This document shows positions 37,101 through 47,219 of a stretch of DNA of 64,000 bases, in pieces (position 1 is the stretch's first letter; each line of letters begins with the position of its first letter). The position numbers and the translations under genes were made by a program. The DNA is from a virus. The notes beneath the pieces were generated by a model. It was given only the letters and a program-made list of their open reading frames with translations. It was not told the DNA's origin and searched no databases. The stretch is taken from positions 14,496-78,495 of the IMG/VR virus record IMGVR_UViG_3300017783_000007; one strand, given 5' to 3'.

Positions 37101-40086
37101 GACCCGAGGCAGAGGGATCACCTATAGGCGACATTTCTAAGGAAACTCCACTTGGAGGAGGAACAGGCCCGCTCGCCTCTGTAGCAGGTATGTAATCAGT
37201 AGTGTATGTTGGAATAGATACATCTATTTCATCAAACTTTAGCTCATCATATTGAGTAGCAGATATAGAGTATTTACCTGCTCCATCCTCTGCTAATCCG
37301 GCTACCCTGAAAGTTTTCAAGTTGCTGCTATCAGAGGTGTCTCTAGTTATAGCCCATATATAGTCTTGCAGTGGGGCTTGCGAAAAAGCACCACTTACAG
37401 TAATACTACTAGCTGTTGTGCCTGTATTAGTAATATCTTTAACCTCTACACGACTATTCTTACTAAACTGCACATCTATATGATTACCAGCATTATCAAA
37501 GTAGTTTACTGCACTTTCTGCAGTAGGGGGGTTATTTACTAAATCTATGAGATTGTCGTCCTCATCCCTGACCTCGGGAAGAAAAGCTCCTCTAGTGTAA
37601 GTGGGAGGCGTGCCTCCCGTTCCTATAGTGGCGGAATCTTGCGCTAAGTATACTGAGGCACCTGGAAAAATAATATGCAGCTTACAGTCAGTTCCTGCTG
37701 TATTTCCTGGACCAAAGTCTACTTCTCTATCCAAAGCTATAGTGGAGGTCGTACTGCCGGAGGACACTCTTCCAGATGCTTCAATATTTTGATCGTCTTT
37801 ATCCTGAATATTGATTATATCACCGGGTCTTAAGAAAGAAGCATTTATACCTGTAGTAAATGAAACAATTTCGGTTTCTTTAGTGTCGGTGTAAAGGTGC
37901 CACTCAGCTAGTCTAGAGGCTTGGGACTCGGACGTGCAGCCAAAGGCTACAATATCCTGGGAAACTACTTTACCTTGCAACACTATGTTTGCCGTGTCTT
38001 CTACAGTAAGAATTGTTTTCTTGTAAAACTCATCAGGATTATTCCATGTAACATTAATTTGGTTAACTCTCGCTCGCTGCCCCGTATAAGTATACTCAAA
38101 AACACCCTGCTCTACATTAGCCTTAGTAAAGGTATAAACTGCCTCTTTTGGAGAATCCTGTACTCCTACAATCTTACCATCAATCCAAGCTAACATGCCT
38201 CGAAAAGAGCTGGCGAGATCTTTCAGTACTTTGTAACTCTCTTCGATAGTAGATAAGTACACATTGCAGGAGAATCTTGGTTCTTGACCTCCCTTACCGT
38301 CAGAAACTAGTTCATCACAATATCTTGCAATTTGATAAAGAGAAAACTTATCTATGTCATCTTCACTGATAAACTGTCCTAACCCATAATCCTTGTCAGT
38401 AAGTATATCATAAAAAACCCATGCAGGATTATTGCAATATACTTTGCGAAAATTAACATGTGTAGGAGAAAGGCTTTCATCCCCCCTAAAAGATCCTGTC
38501 CATGGAACATAGCTATTAGAATCTGCTCCCGCGCTGGTTCTAGTATATTTTGCCGAAGCTGTGCCTGTCTCTTCGCGAGTTATATAGTTACTAGGGACTT
38601 TAATTTTTTTGCCATAAATATGGTAAGATCTGCTGGGAGGGGTTGTAAAATCTTCTGCGGAGTAGCCTACAACTGCATAAGCTGAAGTTGCATAATTAAA
38701 TTTATTTTCTATAATTGCTTCGTAGGAGTCTATAGTTGCATTTAGTACAGCATCATTATCATCACAGTAGTCTTTAACGCCTTCAGGGCTCAGGCGCCTA
38801 ACTTCTAGGCTCCACGAACTAAAAGGTTGGTATTTCTTAACGTCGACATCATATGTTGCTATAAACGCAGGGTTATTTCCTTTTTTCTGAATTAATCCAG
38901 TATTTCCGCCATTTGCTACACGCCCTCCTCCCGGATACTTATATAGAGATAGGCCTACACCTCTAGTACTGCTGTTAGCTACAGTAGAAGACCAATTAGG
39001 CACACTTTGCAAAAAATCACTTCCCCCATAGTCTCTCCCGTGAACTAATACAGAGGTGGCTGAAGAAGCGCCTTCTGTGGTATACTTAAATACTACTTGG
39101 AACTCTGCATAGGCAGTTACATCTTTTCCCTTTGAATCTATATGTCGTAGTCCGCCAGGAAATTTAATATTTACTTTTAGTCTATCTATTTCGCTTGCAG
39201 TGTATTGCCCTAAGGAGACATTTGAGGATACTAATGCTCCCGCAGAGGGGCTTTGCGTACCCTGTCCAGATGGAGCATTTACTGCATTAACAAGTTTTAG
39301 GGGCTGGTTAACTTGATATACAAAACCCGCACTTTGAGAACTGCCTACTGAACTCTCATACTCCTCACCAAATCGAGTACCTCGAAAAAACGAAGTTTTA
39401 ACATTATCATAAGCTAAATTTTTGCCGGAGTTTTGTATATTGTATATATTGTCGACAGAAGCAGAAGATACTCGTACTATTCCGCCACTAATGCTCGTGG
39501 GAACACTAGATACAAGGGTTGCGGCTCCATTGTTAGTAATAGAGGATATTTTTATAACTTCATCAACAGTTATGACAGTACCGTTTGCAACACTAGTCTG
39601 AGGAAGGGGCCATATTAGAGCATTAGTAGATGAGTTTATAGTTCTTACAATACCTCGATATTCAGTTCCATCAGGGCCTGCTCCAGGAATACGAACAAAG
39701 TATCCTGCGGACGATAAAACACTAGCACTTCCCCCTCTAGGATCCGAAGTGTGTTTTGATTGAAATAATGCGGAGTTTACATTAACTCTTGCAAGACCTC
39801 TAGGGAGCGCTCCTGCAAGGGTGGAACTTCCGCCACCCCCTTTTATTTCTAAATACCTATCTCCGTCATTTAAATCTATGTCTGCAAATAAGCTTCCCGC
39901 ACCCGTAACGGAAGTACCAGAAATATTTGCAGTAGAAGACCTACCTGTAATATTGCCGTTTGCATCATCAAGAAGAGCAGTGCCATTTAGATACACACTA
40001 GCTTGCCCATTAACTAGGCCCCCTATTTCACCACACGCAATTAAATCTACAATACTAGCGTGTTGATTTTCATATATTGCTGGCAT
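34126..40086 (-). CDS. Tail tip / central fibre protein, lambda gpJ-like
   Basis: DLIACGEIGGLV, NNPAWVFYDILT..YGLG, EPRFSCN, AFGCTSESQA.R, LRPGDII, FN3-like units, C-terminal LRVRLGKL. Likely start is ATG 40086 (GAGGGG SD) rather than 40116. Confidence 0.92.
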   Translation of the reverse strand: MPAIYENQHASIVDLIACGEIGGLVNGQASVYLNGTALLDDANGNITGRSSTANISGTSVTGAGSLFADIDLNDGDRYLEIKGGGGSSTLAGALPRGLARVNVNSALFQSKHTSDPRGGSASVLSSAGYFVRIPGAGPDGTEYRGIVRTINSSTNALIWPLPQTSVANGTVITVDEVIKISSITNNGAATLVSSVPTSISGGIVRVSSASVDNIYNIQNSGKNLAYDNVKTSFFRGTRFGEEYESSVGSSQSAGFVYQVNQPLKLVNAVNAPSGQGTQSPSAGALVSSNVSLGQYTASEIDRLKVNIKFPGGLRHIDSKGKDVTAYAEFQVVFKYTTEGASSATSVLVHGRDYGGSDFLQSVPNWSSTVANSSTRGVGLSLYKYPGGGRVANGGNTGLIQKKGNNPAFIATYDVDVKKYQPFSSWSLEVRRLSPEGVKDYCDDNDAVLNATIDSYEAIIENKFNYATSAYAVVGYSAEDFTTPPSRSYHIYGKKIKVPSNYITREETGTASAKYTRTSAGADSNSYVPWTGSFRGDESLSPTHVNFRKVYCNNPAWVFYDILTDKDYGLGQFISEDDIDKFSLYQIARYCDELVSDGKGGQEPRFSCNVYLSTIEESYKVLKDLASSFRGMLAWIDGKIVGVQDSPKEAVYTFTKANVEQGVFEYTYTGQRARVNQINVTWNNPDEFYKKTILTVEDTANIVLQGKVVSQDIVAFGCTSESQASRLAEWHLYTDTKETEIVSFTTGINASFLRPGDIINIQDKDDQNIEASGRVSSGSTTSTIALDREVDFGPGNTAGTDCKLHIIFPGASVYLAQDSATIGTGGTPPTYTRGAFLPEVRDEDDNLIDLVNNPPTAESAVNYFDNAGNHIDVQFSKNSRVEVKDITNTGTTASSITVSGAFSQAPLQDYIWAITRDTSDSSNLKTFRVAGLAEDGAGKYSISATQYDELKFDEIDVSIPTYTTDYIPATEASGPVPPPSGVSLEMSPIGDPSASGQTSAYQGIIGWTPPTETYTDSSGSLRTRNYRFIERFEISHDLLPNGSGPANMTTVEAPKGSTSFAISNVAAGSYTVKVRTVNTLGAKSAWEIANVAISSPLISTGNIQSVAQGGDLSAPFNFNSTTGVFTINSRNFRFTPPAAAPIVFSNATSAQRTESFSGMSSSDTMYLYFDSSSSTNPLRSFVVHTDETVEDIDGNETEASYFKERAASNNGLLNVSGTVSTVSGSDRLIGSSTTFTDISEGQLIKVTSAGAPGTETAAAEYKLVRRVISDTELQAGSPFTRTVSGVNIYTPAFNPDKGADAILGEVTFSSGEYSFDPYLSSAQPKGGYSALLGHESHVFQADPAGNVSSVAGADFTVNVFNGDIRYYYDNSSDPADNTYTVGTVTQSPSNGLTLSTGTVGSSPALDFEVDITAVLSSNDSGTLSIPITINHGGPVFNKTFSYSKARAGIIGSNGTKTALVYAYQRSSSAITSNPGAVTVSLETGQITTGTLANSWSKTIPSGTAPLYVVAASAAGTGTSDTIGATEWSSPVILVQNGQAGDPGLNSATVRIYKRNNSSTSSGSLPSGNTTYTFSSGNISFTTSNGWTSTVPSTGGGYLWTSQATAASTTSSDTIASSEWAASSLIAQDGSDGPAGTKTALVYAYQRSSSAITSNPGSVEVSLQTGKITTTSLSNGWQKDIPSGNSALYIVAAVASGTGTSDTVGSGEWSSPVILSQNGEDGIDGFNSATVRIYKKNNSSSSSGSLPSGNTTYTFSSGNISFTTANGWSSNIPSTGGAYLWTSQAAAISRLSSDTIASSEWAPSSLLAQDGTDGAAGLRTVQGYLYYEKSSGSVPTPTGNLYTFSTGVVSGGNINDNGTTNCWRNSPRPQVPTSSNTHHTIRYFGTETTAGSSSFNVTYSSIVAYTNFTGVVTFSNGTFSSGPTAINGATAATSIDGANIKTGSIDAEQLTISSTASSASTMFFDGSNTRIDIKDSNNVLRVRLGKLT
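34640..35735 (-). repeat. Internal duplication (period about 543 bp, 181 aa) in the gpJ-like C-terminal region
   Basis: GTKTALVYAYQRSSSAITSNPG...NSATVRIYK...DTIASSEWA occurs twice, with long identical DNA stretches. Confidence 0.9.
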
Positions 40087-40088
40087 AA

Positions 40089-40739
40089 TTAAAGACCCCC
40101 CTCTATAAAGGTCCATCGAGACCCTGTGTCAATATTTTTCGCATACTCTGCACCCCCTGTGTAGGATACACTTATAGGCATGCCTCCTACTATAAGTTCT
40201 CCATACGCTACCGGAACAGGGAGCCCTTGCGATATCGTATTTTGTGGACCATTAAATAAATAAGAAGGATCTGTGCCTTCGTCTGTCTGAGGACCAGGTG
40301 CTAATAGTTGTGTTATTCCAGCAATTGCTAGATTGACAGCGACCATGGTCAGCCCTACAGTCGCTGACGCAACGAGAGCACCTTGTGTACTTGTGCCAGT
40401 TAATGCAGCAGTAAACGAGCCTGGTAGCAGAATAGCAACAGTTATAATTGCAATTGCTGCTAAAATCTTAGATCCGGCACTCTTTGAACCTGCAGGAACT
40501 TCAGTAATAATTATATCTTCATTATTTAAGGATAAAAGCATCTCTTCAGGCTCTTCTAAAAACTCCTCACCTCTTTGTATCTCAAATCCTACCCCGGCTT
40601 CCGCGGCATCTACTAGGTATTTTCTAAACCCAGGAGTCTGACAATCTATTAGTCTAAAAATATCTCTAATATTAGAGCACTCGGCCTCCCAATGTGGACC
40701 AAATTTTTCTATTCCTCCAACTAAATAAACTGATTGCAT
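40089..40739 (-). CDS. Tail assembly protein, lambda gpI-like
   Basis: Ubiquitin-like N-terminus ending VPAGS, hydrophobic middle, SYLFNGPQNTISQGLPVPVAYGE. True start is probably a few codons upstream of the annotated TTG or at it; uncertain. Confidence 0.88.
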   Translation of the reverse strand: MQSVYLVGGIEKFGPHWEAECSNIRDIFRLIDCQTPGFRKYLVDAAEAGVGFEIQRGEEFLEEPEEMLLSLNNEDIIITEVPAGSKSAGSKILAAIAIITVAILLPGSFTAALTGTSTQGALVASATVGLTMVAVNLAIAGITQLLAPGPQTDEGTDPSYLFNGPQNTISQGLPVPVAYGELIVGGMPISVSYTGGAEYAKNIDTGSRWTFIEGGL

Positions 40740-41440
40740 CTTACTATCCTATGTAAATGTATACCCCATCCTGAGTGTAAAGACTCTCTGCAAGAAAGCC
40801 TATTAACAGCATGGTGTAAAAACATATCTTCTCCTATATATACTCCACAATGGTTGGGTACATTTGAAAATACTTTAAAAATTAGCGCGTCTCCTATCTT
40901 AGGAGAATCCACTTCTGTAAATCCGTATGACTCAAATAAGTCATCAAAATAATTAAACCCTTTTTCCCACCAGTCGTCTTCAAATACAGTTTTTGGCAAC
41001 TCAATATTATACGTTTCGCTATAATAGTCCCTAAGTAGAGAGTAGCAGTCATACTTTCCAAATAAATAGTCTCTTCCTAATAAGGGCTGTCTTATCTTGG
41101 GTGGTGTGTATACAAATTTATCTACATCAGGTAAAGAATATATAATATAGGGTATTTCCAAGAAGTCACTGGCTTTTATATCAGATTCGCTAGGCTCACA
41201 AGAAGCATCAGGATGACTATGTACTATAGCTTGGACATCCCCTAGTAGAGCTGCTTTTGCATAATCCTTTGGAGAAATTACAAAATCTTCTTTAGGGTTT
41301 TCCGCAACATTCTCACAATGCCTCCAGACTAGCTTACCTCTTTTATTCAGTAATAATCCACAGCCCTCATTTGGGTAGTCATTAAATAAATCTTGTACTA
41401 TTTCTTTATCTACGCTGTCTAGCACCTGGAAATCCTCCAA
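40721..41440 (-). CDS. Tail assembly protein, lambda gpK-like (JAB + NlpC/P60)
   Basis: EGCG, HSHP...SxxD JAB motif; DCYSL, NHCGVY, HH NlpC/P60 motif. Start codon uncertain. Confidence 0.93.
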   Translation of the reverse strand: MEDFQVLDSVDKEIVQDLFNDYPNEGCGLLLNKRGKLVWRHCENVAENPKEDFVISPKDYAKAALLGDVQAIVHSHPDASCEPSESDIKASDFLEIPYIIYSLPDVDKFVYTPPKIRQPLLGRDYLFGKYDCYSLLRDYYSETYNIELPKTVFEDDWWEKGFNYFDDLFESYGFTEVDSPKIGDALIFKVFSNVPNHCGVYIGEDMFLHHAVNRLSCRESLHSGWGIHLHRIVRCNQFI

Positions 41441-42560
41441 AAGGTAATGCTATGTTTGCTTCAGTAATCGCTATTCCCCCAGTTACACTACTATGCTCTC
41501 GTGCGTTGAATCTAAGAGAGCAGGACTTTATTTTCTTTCCACAGATATCACCTTCCGTCCAATATATACCTTCTTTAATAGTATCATGGCTGCCCCCAGT
41601 TTGGGTGAATTTATTGACTTGCCAAAGTTTTCCTGAGGATAAAATATAGTTACTATATCTACTGTCCCTATACGAATAATAAGTAGTTGAGGATGAATAG
41701 TTAGAGTATACTCGTACTCGTCTCCAACTAGCACTTGCATCATTAGGAGAAGTAGAAGTGGCTGAAAGTGCTTGCCAATAAGCTGTAACAGTTTGATTAC
41801 TAGAAGATGTTTTTGTTACTTGTACTTGAGTTTCATTAGTAATGTAGTAAGCTCCCTCAGTCGAGGTACCAGAGAATACAGACATACCGCTAAATATAGA
41901 GGCAGGCACAATATACTCATCAAATTTATTCATAAAAATTTTGTCTACATCTGTAGCAATTAATTTTTGATCCCAAGTACAGCCTCCTATCTTGTCTTGC
42001 CTTTGAACATTGGAAGAAGCACCTCTATATTTAAAGGGGCAGGCGCCTCCAATAATTACCCTTCTAGGAAGCGTAATGCCGGCTAGATCAAAGGGGGCTG
42101 CTAGTTCAAAAGTGACAACAATAGCCGTTTTCGACTTTATCCTATCTATTACATAAGTCGCTTTCGGAAATTCTACTGGGGCGTTCCCTGACCCAGAGTC
42201 CCCAGTACCTCCAACTAAATATTTCTCTAAAGTTGTTCTTCTAGTAAGTCTCTTTCCTATTAACTCTTCAAAACCCAATCCCCCTATCTCGTTAGAGAAT
42301 ATCGAGCCTAAATTTGCTACAGATATCTCAGGTCTAGCATATGACCCGTCTGAAGACACCTCAATACCCTCCATCTCTATAGGAATGGCTACGTATGTGA
42401 GTATATTTCCTTCCGAATTTCTAAACTCTATATCATCACTATTTTCATCCACTCCCGCATGGAAGTGTGCAAAAGACCCCGGAGCATACTCTAGGTCATA
42501 TAAATGTATATATCCGGAGTTTATCTCTTGTTTCTGAACATCTTTAATTAGGTCACTCAT
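41406..42560 (-). CDS. Minor tail protein, lambda gpL-like
   Basis: RPEISVAN, TRRTTLEKYL, FELAAPFD, CPFKYR...CTW...DICGKKIKSC (four Cys), LPFGGFPG. Confidence 0.92.
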   Translation of the reverse strand: MSDLIKDVQKQEINSGYIHLYDLEYAPGSFAHFHAGVDENSDDIEFRNSEGNILTYVAIPIEMEGIEVSSDGSYARPEISVANLGSIFSNEIGGLGFEELIGKRLTRRTTLEKYLVGGTGDSGSGNAPVEFPKATYVIDRIKSKTAIVVTFELAAPFDLAGITLPRRVIIGGACPFKYRGASSNVQRQDKIGGCTWDQKLIATDVDKIFMNKFDEYIVPASIFSGMSVFSGTSTEGAYYITNETQVQVTKTSSSNQTVTAYWQALSATSTSPNDASASWRRVRVYSNYSSSTTYYSYRDSRYSNYILSSGKLWQVNKFTQTGGSHDTIKEGIYWTEGDICGKKIKSCSLRFNAREHSSVTGGIAITEANIALPFGGFPGARQRR

Positions 42561-42931
42561 GCTTCGTAAACCCTTCTAATCGTAGCTGTGCAGGAATAAA
42601 AATCATTATTATTGTAAGAGACACTAAATGTATCAACTACAGCCTTAATCGTAGTCTCTGATCCTGATGAATTAGTGTCAGGAACTGTAAAGCTAAAAGC
42701 GGTGACTCCCTCTTTTGCACTAAAAAAGGATGCTATATCGTCTATCTCTGCTTTTGGTCTATTATTGAAGGAAACAGAGTATTCCTCTCTTAAATTATTT
42801 ATACCAGCAACCGCCCTCTGCTCATATCCGTCTCCAAAAGAAATTCTATTCACATGAGGAGTAACAGTCCTAGCCATTGTTCTATCAGGAATTCTTCGTG
42901 CATTACCTAAATCTAAAAATCCTAGTGCCAT
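42557..42931 (-). CDS. Distal tail protein, lambda gpM-like
   Basis: FGDGYEQR..GIN, GVTAFSF.VP; directly after the tape measure gene. Confidence 0.92.
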   Translation of the reverse strand: MALGFLDLGNARRIPDRTMARTVTPHVNRISFGDGYEQRAVAGINNLREEYSVSFNNRPKAEIDDIASFFSAKEGVTAFSFTVPDTNSSGSETTIKAVVDTFSVSYNNNDFYSCTATIRRVYEA

Positions 42932-45900
42932 TACGCTGCTCCATATCTACTAAGTATACCGCCCGGACGTTTTTGCTTATGCAGCTCTTCTTGAACCACA
43001 CTAGCAACAACTTTTCCTAAAGCGGCTGCTTGATTCTGTTGGGATGCTTCATTTTGCGTGCTACTTGCATTCCCCTGATTATCAATATTAATATTAATTC
43101 CAATAGTATTATTAGAGGTACCCCCTCCTGTCATTTCTACGGGAATGGCATTACCATTAGGCAAAGGAACAACTGCTTCAGTTCCATGTAAAATTGCTGG
43201 GTACCCTGCGTTTCTTCCTCTTGCTATGCCGCCCTCTGAGTAGCCTTTTGCAATACCACCATATCGACGACTTGCGAATCCTATGCTCTTGGTAGCGTTA
43301 GCAACTTGTGCGCTTGCACCAGCACTTGCCTGATTAGCTAAATTTTGAGTGGGGGCTACTGTAGTACCCACTCCTCCAAAAGCAGCAAGTAGTAATCTTG
43401 CAACAAGCATTTCAGACACAATTCTTGAGATAATTCTTAATACGCTAAGTCCCATATTTGCAAATGCTTGCTTAACAGTCATAGTTCCTTGAACCAATCC
43501 ATCTAAGCCGTTAGTAAGTCCTTGGGTTAAGCCGTCTCTTAATCTTTCTTGCATGTTTATTAAAACATTCAAAGATTCTTGCTGTTTAATCTGCTCCTCA
43601 ATAAGAGCTATTTGAGTAGAATCCATAACTACTCCAGCATTCTTTTGTCTCAGTATTTCATCATTTATTTTTTGTTGAATTCCGCTCATAGAAAACATTT
43701 GAGACTGTACCCTCAAATTTTCTGTTGTTCCCAGCAGTTTATTACGTTCTACTTCTTCTAGACGCTGTGATATATCTAACTGCTGGCGAGTATTAAGTAA
43801 AGTCTTTTGAATTGAAGCTTCCTGAGCTAGTAGATTGGTTAATTTTACTTGATCCGCTTCTTCCTTTTTATTACTTTCTTTTTGGATCTCTCCACTAATC
43901 GCTTTTTCTTTTAGCTTTAAATTATTAATGTTTTGCTGCAATAAAAGTTCTTGCGCGGCCCTTGCCTCTCTAGCATTCGCAATAGAGCCCTTGCCTGCGC
44001 TCTGGCCGAGCCCTGCTTTAATAAGCTGAATTTTTTGCTCAGTGGTAGTAATCTCATTTAGAACATTTAATCGCTGACGCTCTATATTATTTAGTTTTTC
44101 GGCTAAATCTATTCCTGTTATTTGCTCGTCAACTATTAACTGTCGTTGATTTAATTGCTGTTCTCCAATGTGAAGGCTGTCCCTTGCTCTTGCTAAACCT
44201 ATGGCTGCTTCAGTTACTGCCAGTGATCCCTCTTTGCCGCTGCTTTTAATTGCGGTCTCTAATGCCGCTTCGGCTATCAACTCTTTATTTTTTAATTCTA
44301 AAACTTTATTAGAAAGCGAGATAGTAGTTTGCTGTGCCATCACTCTTTGATTAGCAAAAGATCTATCAGTTTTATTTACGGTAGCTAGTGCCCTATTATT
44401 ATTTAAGATTTCCGTTTCATTCTGTCTTATAGTACCTATTCTTTTTTCCAGAGCTTTTTGAAAGTTTGCTGCCTCTGTACTTTGAGCCTTAAGCCTGGCA
44501 ATAGTATCTTTATCTTGTGCCGCTTCAGTCTGCCCTCTTTGCTCTGCTAGAGCTATATCTTTTTCTAAGACTTTGACTGCACTCTGGGCTGATCTTTTTC
44601 TTGAATTATTGCGTCTGCCGGCCGCAATAAGCTCTGCGTCTGCTGCTTTTTTCTGCTCTCTAAGAGAAGCTAGAGTGTTAGCATTTGTAGTTTTTCTAAC
44701 GGCACTTTCAGCTTCTAGGCCTTTCAGTGCGTCTTTGGAGGTGTCGACCAACCTAGATACGCTCTGCGATAACTTATCATAAGGGGATACTGCAACTGCT
44801 CCAGTTATAGAAGATAGCTGCGCTTTAAAGTCTTTCTGTACTTGGCTAAGTGCCTCTAAAGCTTGCCCATACCCTCGAAGCTCTACATCTAGTTTTCTAT
44901 ATTGTTGAGCACTTTTTTCACTAATTGACCCTGTCTGCTCTAGCTCTATTGAAAGGGCTTTAAAAGCAGGATTAACTTTTTCTAATTCGGAAGTGGTTTT
45001 TTCGATACTTTCTTTTAATTTATTAAATTCATCACTACCCGCCTCTAGCTTTTGTAGTTTATTTACTTCAGCAATAAATAAAGGAATATTAACTGTAGCA
45101 AGAGCTCTTCCTGTTTGAGTTGCTTGTTGAGTTAAATCAACCAAACCTTCCGCTCTAGTTTGATTAATTTTTGACAAAAATTCAGCTGTCTCACTTAATC
45201 TATCATTTGTTCTTTCTAATTCTTCATTTAGCTTACTTGCAGCGTCCTCTGTTCCAAATAAAAAGTTATACGCTTCTTTGCCTAAATCAAAAAGTAAAAA
45301 TGCCATTCCTACAAAAGAGGCAAGCTTAAATGCTTTATCAATCCCCTTTACTGCAAGTACGCCCGCGCGTTGAATCATCCCAAAAGCACCAACTCCAACA
45401 ACTCCAACCGCTCTATAACCTACTTTTAGTCGTGCAAAAGCTCTTGTTTTCAAAGTCACCTGCTTTTTCATCTGCTCGTCAACTATTTGGGTTCTAATTG
45501 TATAAGACTTTCGTAAATCTGCAACCTGTGCTGCATTATACCCTTTTAGCTTTCCCGTTATTACCTTGCCAGTATCATCTATATTTTTTTCTGCAGAATC
45601 TAAAATTCTTTTTGCGGAGGCTCCGGCTCTTTTATCATCAGTATTACCGGACAAGAAATCAATCCCACCCTTACCACTTTTTGCGCCTGCAGTATCAGGA
45701 CTTAGTGCTTTCTTACTAAGTTTATTGGCTCTTTTCAGCGCTTTTTCTTGAGTATCACTTAGCTTTTCTACTTCTTCTCTCTGTTCCTGCAGAACTTTTT
45801 TAGATCTAATAAAAGCTATGTTTGCTGACCTTGCTGCTTTTTTACTGCTATCGGCCCAGTCATCCAGTGAGGGCAGAATGCTTTTTGTTATAGGAATTGC

Positions 45901-46785
45901 AAAAAGAGCCAAAGATGCTACTAGAGCATTTGTATTTTCTGTTAAAAATTTTAAAGCAGGAGTTAGAGTATTGATTACCCCTACCTTTAATACATTCACC
46001 AAGTCATCAAAAGATTTTGTAAACTGAGAAACAACAAAAGCGTCATCCCCCATAATTTCTCCAAGGCGCCCAAACTTTTTATCGGCTTCTTCAAGCACAA
46101 AATTAGTTACTGCCTGAGTTCTTTGAAAGGCATTCAAATCGTTAGCAGCAAGCCCTATACTAGCGGCATACTCTTCTGTAGCAGGCTTTAGTCTAAGAAT
46201 AATACCTAGTTCGTCTAAAAGTTCTGGTTCTGCTTTTGTTGTACCACGGATTAAACGATTAAAAGAATCAGTTAAATCTCTACCTAGGGCAACGGAAGAG
46301 TTCTGGGCAGCTTTTGCAAGACCCTCGAGTTGACCCGCTGTTAAGCCTGCAGCACTACCTATGGCTGTTGCTGATGCAGCTTCTTGATACTTTAACTGTC
46401 CGCTGGTTGCAGCTTGTAACGATTTAGTAATACCAGCAAAGTTTGTGCCAGTAACAGCTCCATAAATTTCTTGAGATTCTATAAGATTTTTGTAGTTGGA
46501 AGCACTGGACAGGAATTGGAAAGCTGCACTAACAGCGAATACCTGGGCAGCCAAAGTAGCGTAGGCAGGAACTAATCCTCCGGATATTCCTTGAGCCATT
46601 TTGGAAAAGTTTTTGGTACCATTTGCAGATGCCTGAGCAGCTCCCTTAAGACGCCTGTCCGCAGTAAGACCCCCTTTACCTGCTTCATTTAAGGCTATTC
46701 CAAGTTTTTTTGCGCTTACAGCTACTCTTTCTGTAGTACCTTTGTCATCAACTACTACATCTATATATATTTTATTCTTGGCCAT
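42931..46785 (-). CDS. Tape measure protein (T5 pb2-like N-terminus)
   Basis: 1284 aa, helical. NFSKMAQG..GLVPAYATLAA and KAEPELLDELGI motifs, hydrophobic segments, C-terminal GGI...HGTEAVVPL. Confidence 0.93.
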   Translation of the reverse strand: MAKNKIYIDVVVDDKGTTERVAVSAKKLGIALNEAGKGGLTADRRLKGAAQASANGTKNFSKMAQGISGGLVPAYATLAAQVFAVSAAFQFLSSASNYKNLIESQEIYGAVTGTNFAGITKSLQAATSGQLKYQEAASATAIGSAAGLTAGQLEGLAKAAQNSSVALGRDLTDSFNRLIRGTTKAEPELLDELGIILRLKPATEEYAASIGLAANDLNAFQRTQAVTNFVLEEADKKFGRLGEIMGDDAFVVSQFTKSFDDLVNVLKVGVINTLTPALKFLTENTNALVASLALFAIPITKSILPSLDDWADSSKKAARSANIAFIRSKKVLQEQREEVEKLSDTQEKALKRANKLSKKALSPDTAGAKSGKGGIDFLSGNTDDKRAGASAKRILDSAEKNIDDTGKVITGKLKGYNAAQVADLRKSYTIRTQIVDEQMKKQVTLKTRAFARLKVGYRAVGVVGVGAFGMIQRAGVLAVKGIDKAFKLASFVGMAFLLFDLGKEAYNFLFGTEDAASKLNEELERTNDRLSETAEFLSKINQTRAEGLVDLTQQATQTGRALATVNIPLFIAEVNKLQKLEAGSDEFNKLKESIEKTTSELEKVNPAFKALSIELEQTGSISEKSAQQYRKLDVELRGYGQALEALSQVQKDFKAQLSSITGAVAVSPYDKLSQSVSRLVDTSKDALKGLEAESAVRKTTNANTLASLREQKKAADAELIAAGRRNNSRKRSAQSAVKVLEKDIALAEQRGQTEAAQDKDTIARLKAQSTEAANFQKALEKRIGTIRQNETEILNNNRALATVNKTDRSFANQRVMAQQTTISLSNKVLELKNKELIAEAALETAIKSSGKEGSLAVTEAAIGLARARDSLHIGEQQLNQRQLIVDEQITGIDLAEKLNNIERQRLNVLNEITTTEQKIQLIKAGLGQSAGKGSIANAREARAAQELLLQQNINNLKLKEKAISGEIQKESNKKEEADQVKLTNLLAQEASIQKTLLNTRQQLDISQRLEEVERNKLLGTTENLRVQSQMFSMSGIQQKINDEILRQKNAGVVMDSTQIALIEEQIKQQESLNVLINMQERLRDGLTQGLTNGLDGLVQGTMTVKQAFANMGLSVLRIISRIVSEMLVARLLLAAFGGVGTTVAPTQNLANQASAGASAQVANATKSIGFASRRYGGIAKGYSEGGIARGRNAGYPAILHGTEAVVPLPNGNAIPVEMTGGGTSNNTIGININIDNQGNASSTQNEASQQNQAAALGKVVASVVQEELHKQKRPGGILSRYGAA

Positions 46786-47219
46786 TACCCTTTAACATTA
46801 TGGGTGAAACTTTGTCCACCGCTGGAGGATTTTTGCTTTCGCTCTTCCGCTTTTCGCTGCTCTTCTGACTTCTTAGATCGGTAGGACACTAAAAGGCTTT
46901 CATAAATTTTTGCAAAGAAAAAAATATCTTTGCTGTTATCCATATCGTATACTCTAACAATGTACTCGAAGGAGGACCATTCTTTTCCTAAATATACTCC
47001 TGACATCCCATCCCATCTATCTGGCATTAAATCGAACACAAAAAATGCCGCTTGAACCTCTTCCGGAAATACAGAAGTGCTCAGCGGCATTTTATCAGGG
47101 TCTGGTTCCTCTCCCAACTGCTCACATATAGTTAGATACTTAGAAATATCAAAGGAGGAATCTGACTCCTTTATAGCGCGCTCAAGTAGCGTTATTATCT
47201 CAGCTACTTGTTGCTCGTA
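46785..47219 (-). CDS. Tail assembly chaperone, -1 frame part (gpT-like)
   Basis: Open frame from 47219 (YEQQVAEIITLLER...KYLTICEQLGEEPD) entered by -1 slip at A-AAT-TTT. No good independent start. Confidence 0.8.
   Translation of the reverse strand, partial: YEQQVAEIITLLERAIKESDSSFDISKYLTICEQLGEEPDPDKMPLSTSVFPEEVQAAFFVFDLMPDRWDGMSGVYLGKEWSSFEYIVRVYDMDNSKDIFFFAKIYESLLVSYRSKKSEEQRKAEERKQKSSSGGQSFTHNVKG

Noticed and set aside
8262-40116. Diversity-generating retroelement or invertible tail-fibre shufflon
   Set aside because: No reverse transcriptase or recombinase in the window, no repeat pair with adenine-specific mismatches noticed, and all fibre genes are co-oriented.
10756-41963. Many + strand ORFs antisense to fibre and tail genes (e.g. 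19270-19668, 23528-23956, 24053-24550)
   Set aside because: Shadow frames produced by the Ser/Thr/Gly/Ala codon bias and repeats; no SD or promoter, and Val/Pro/Leu-rich mirror composition.
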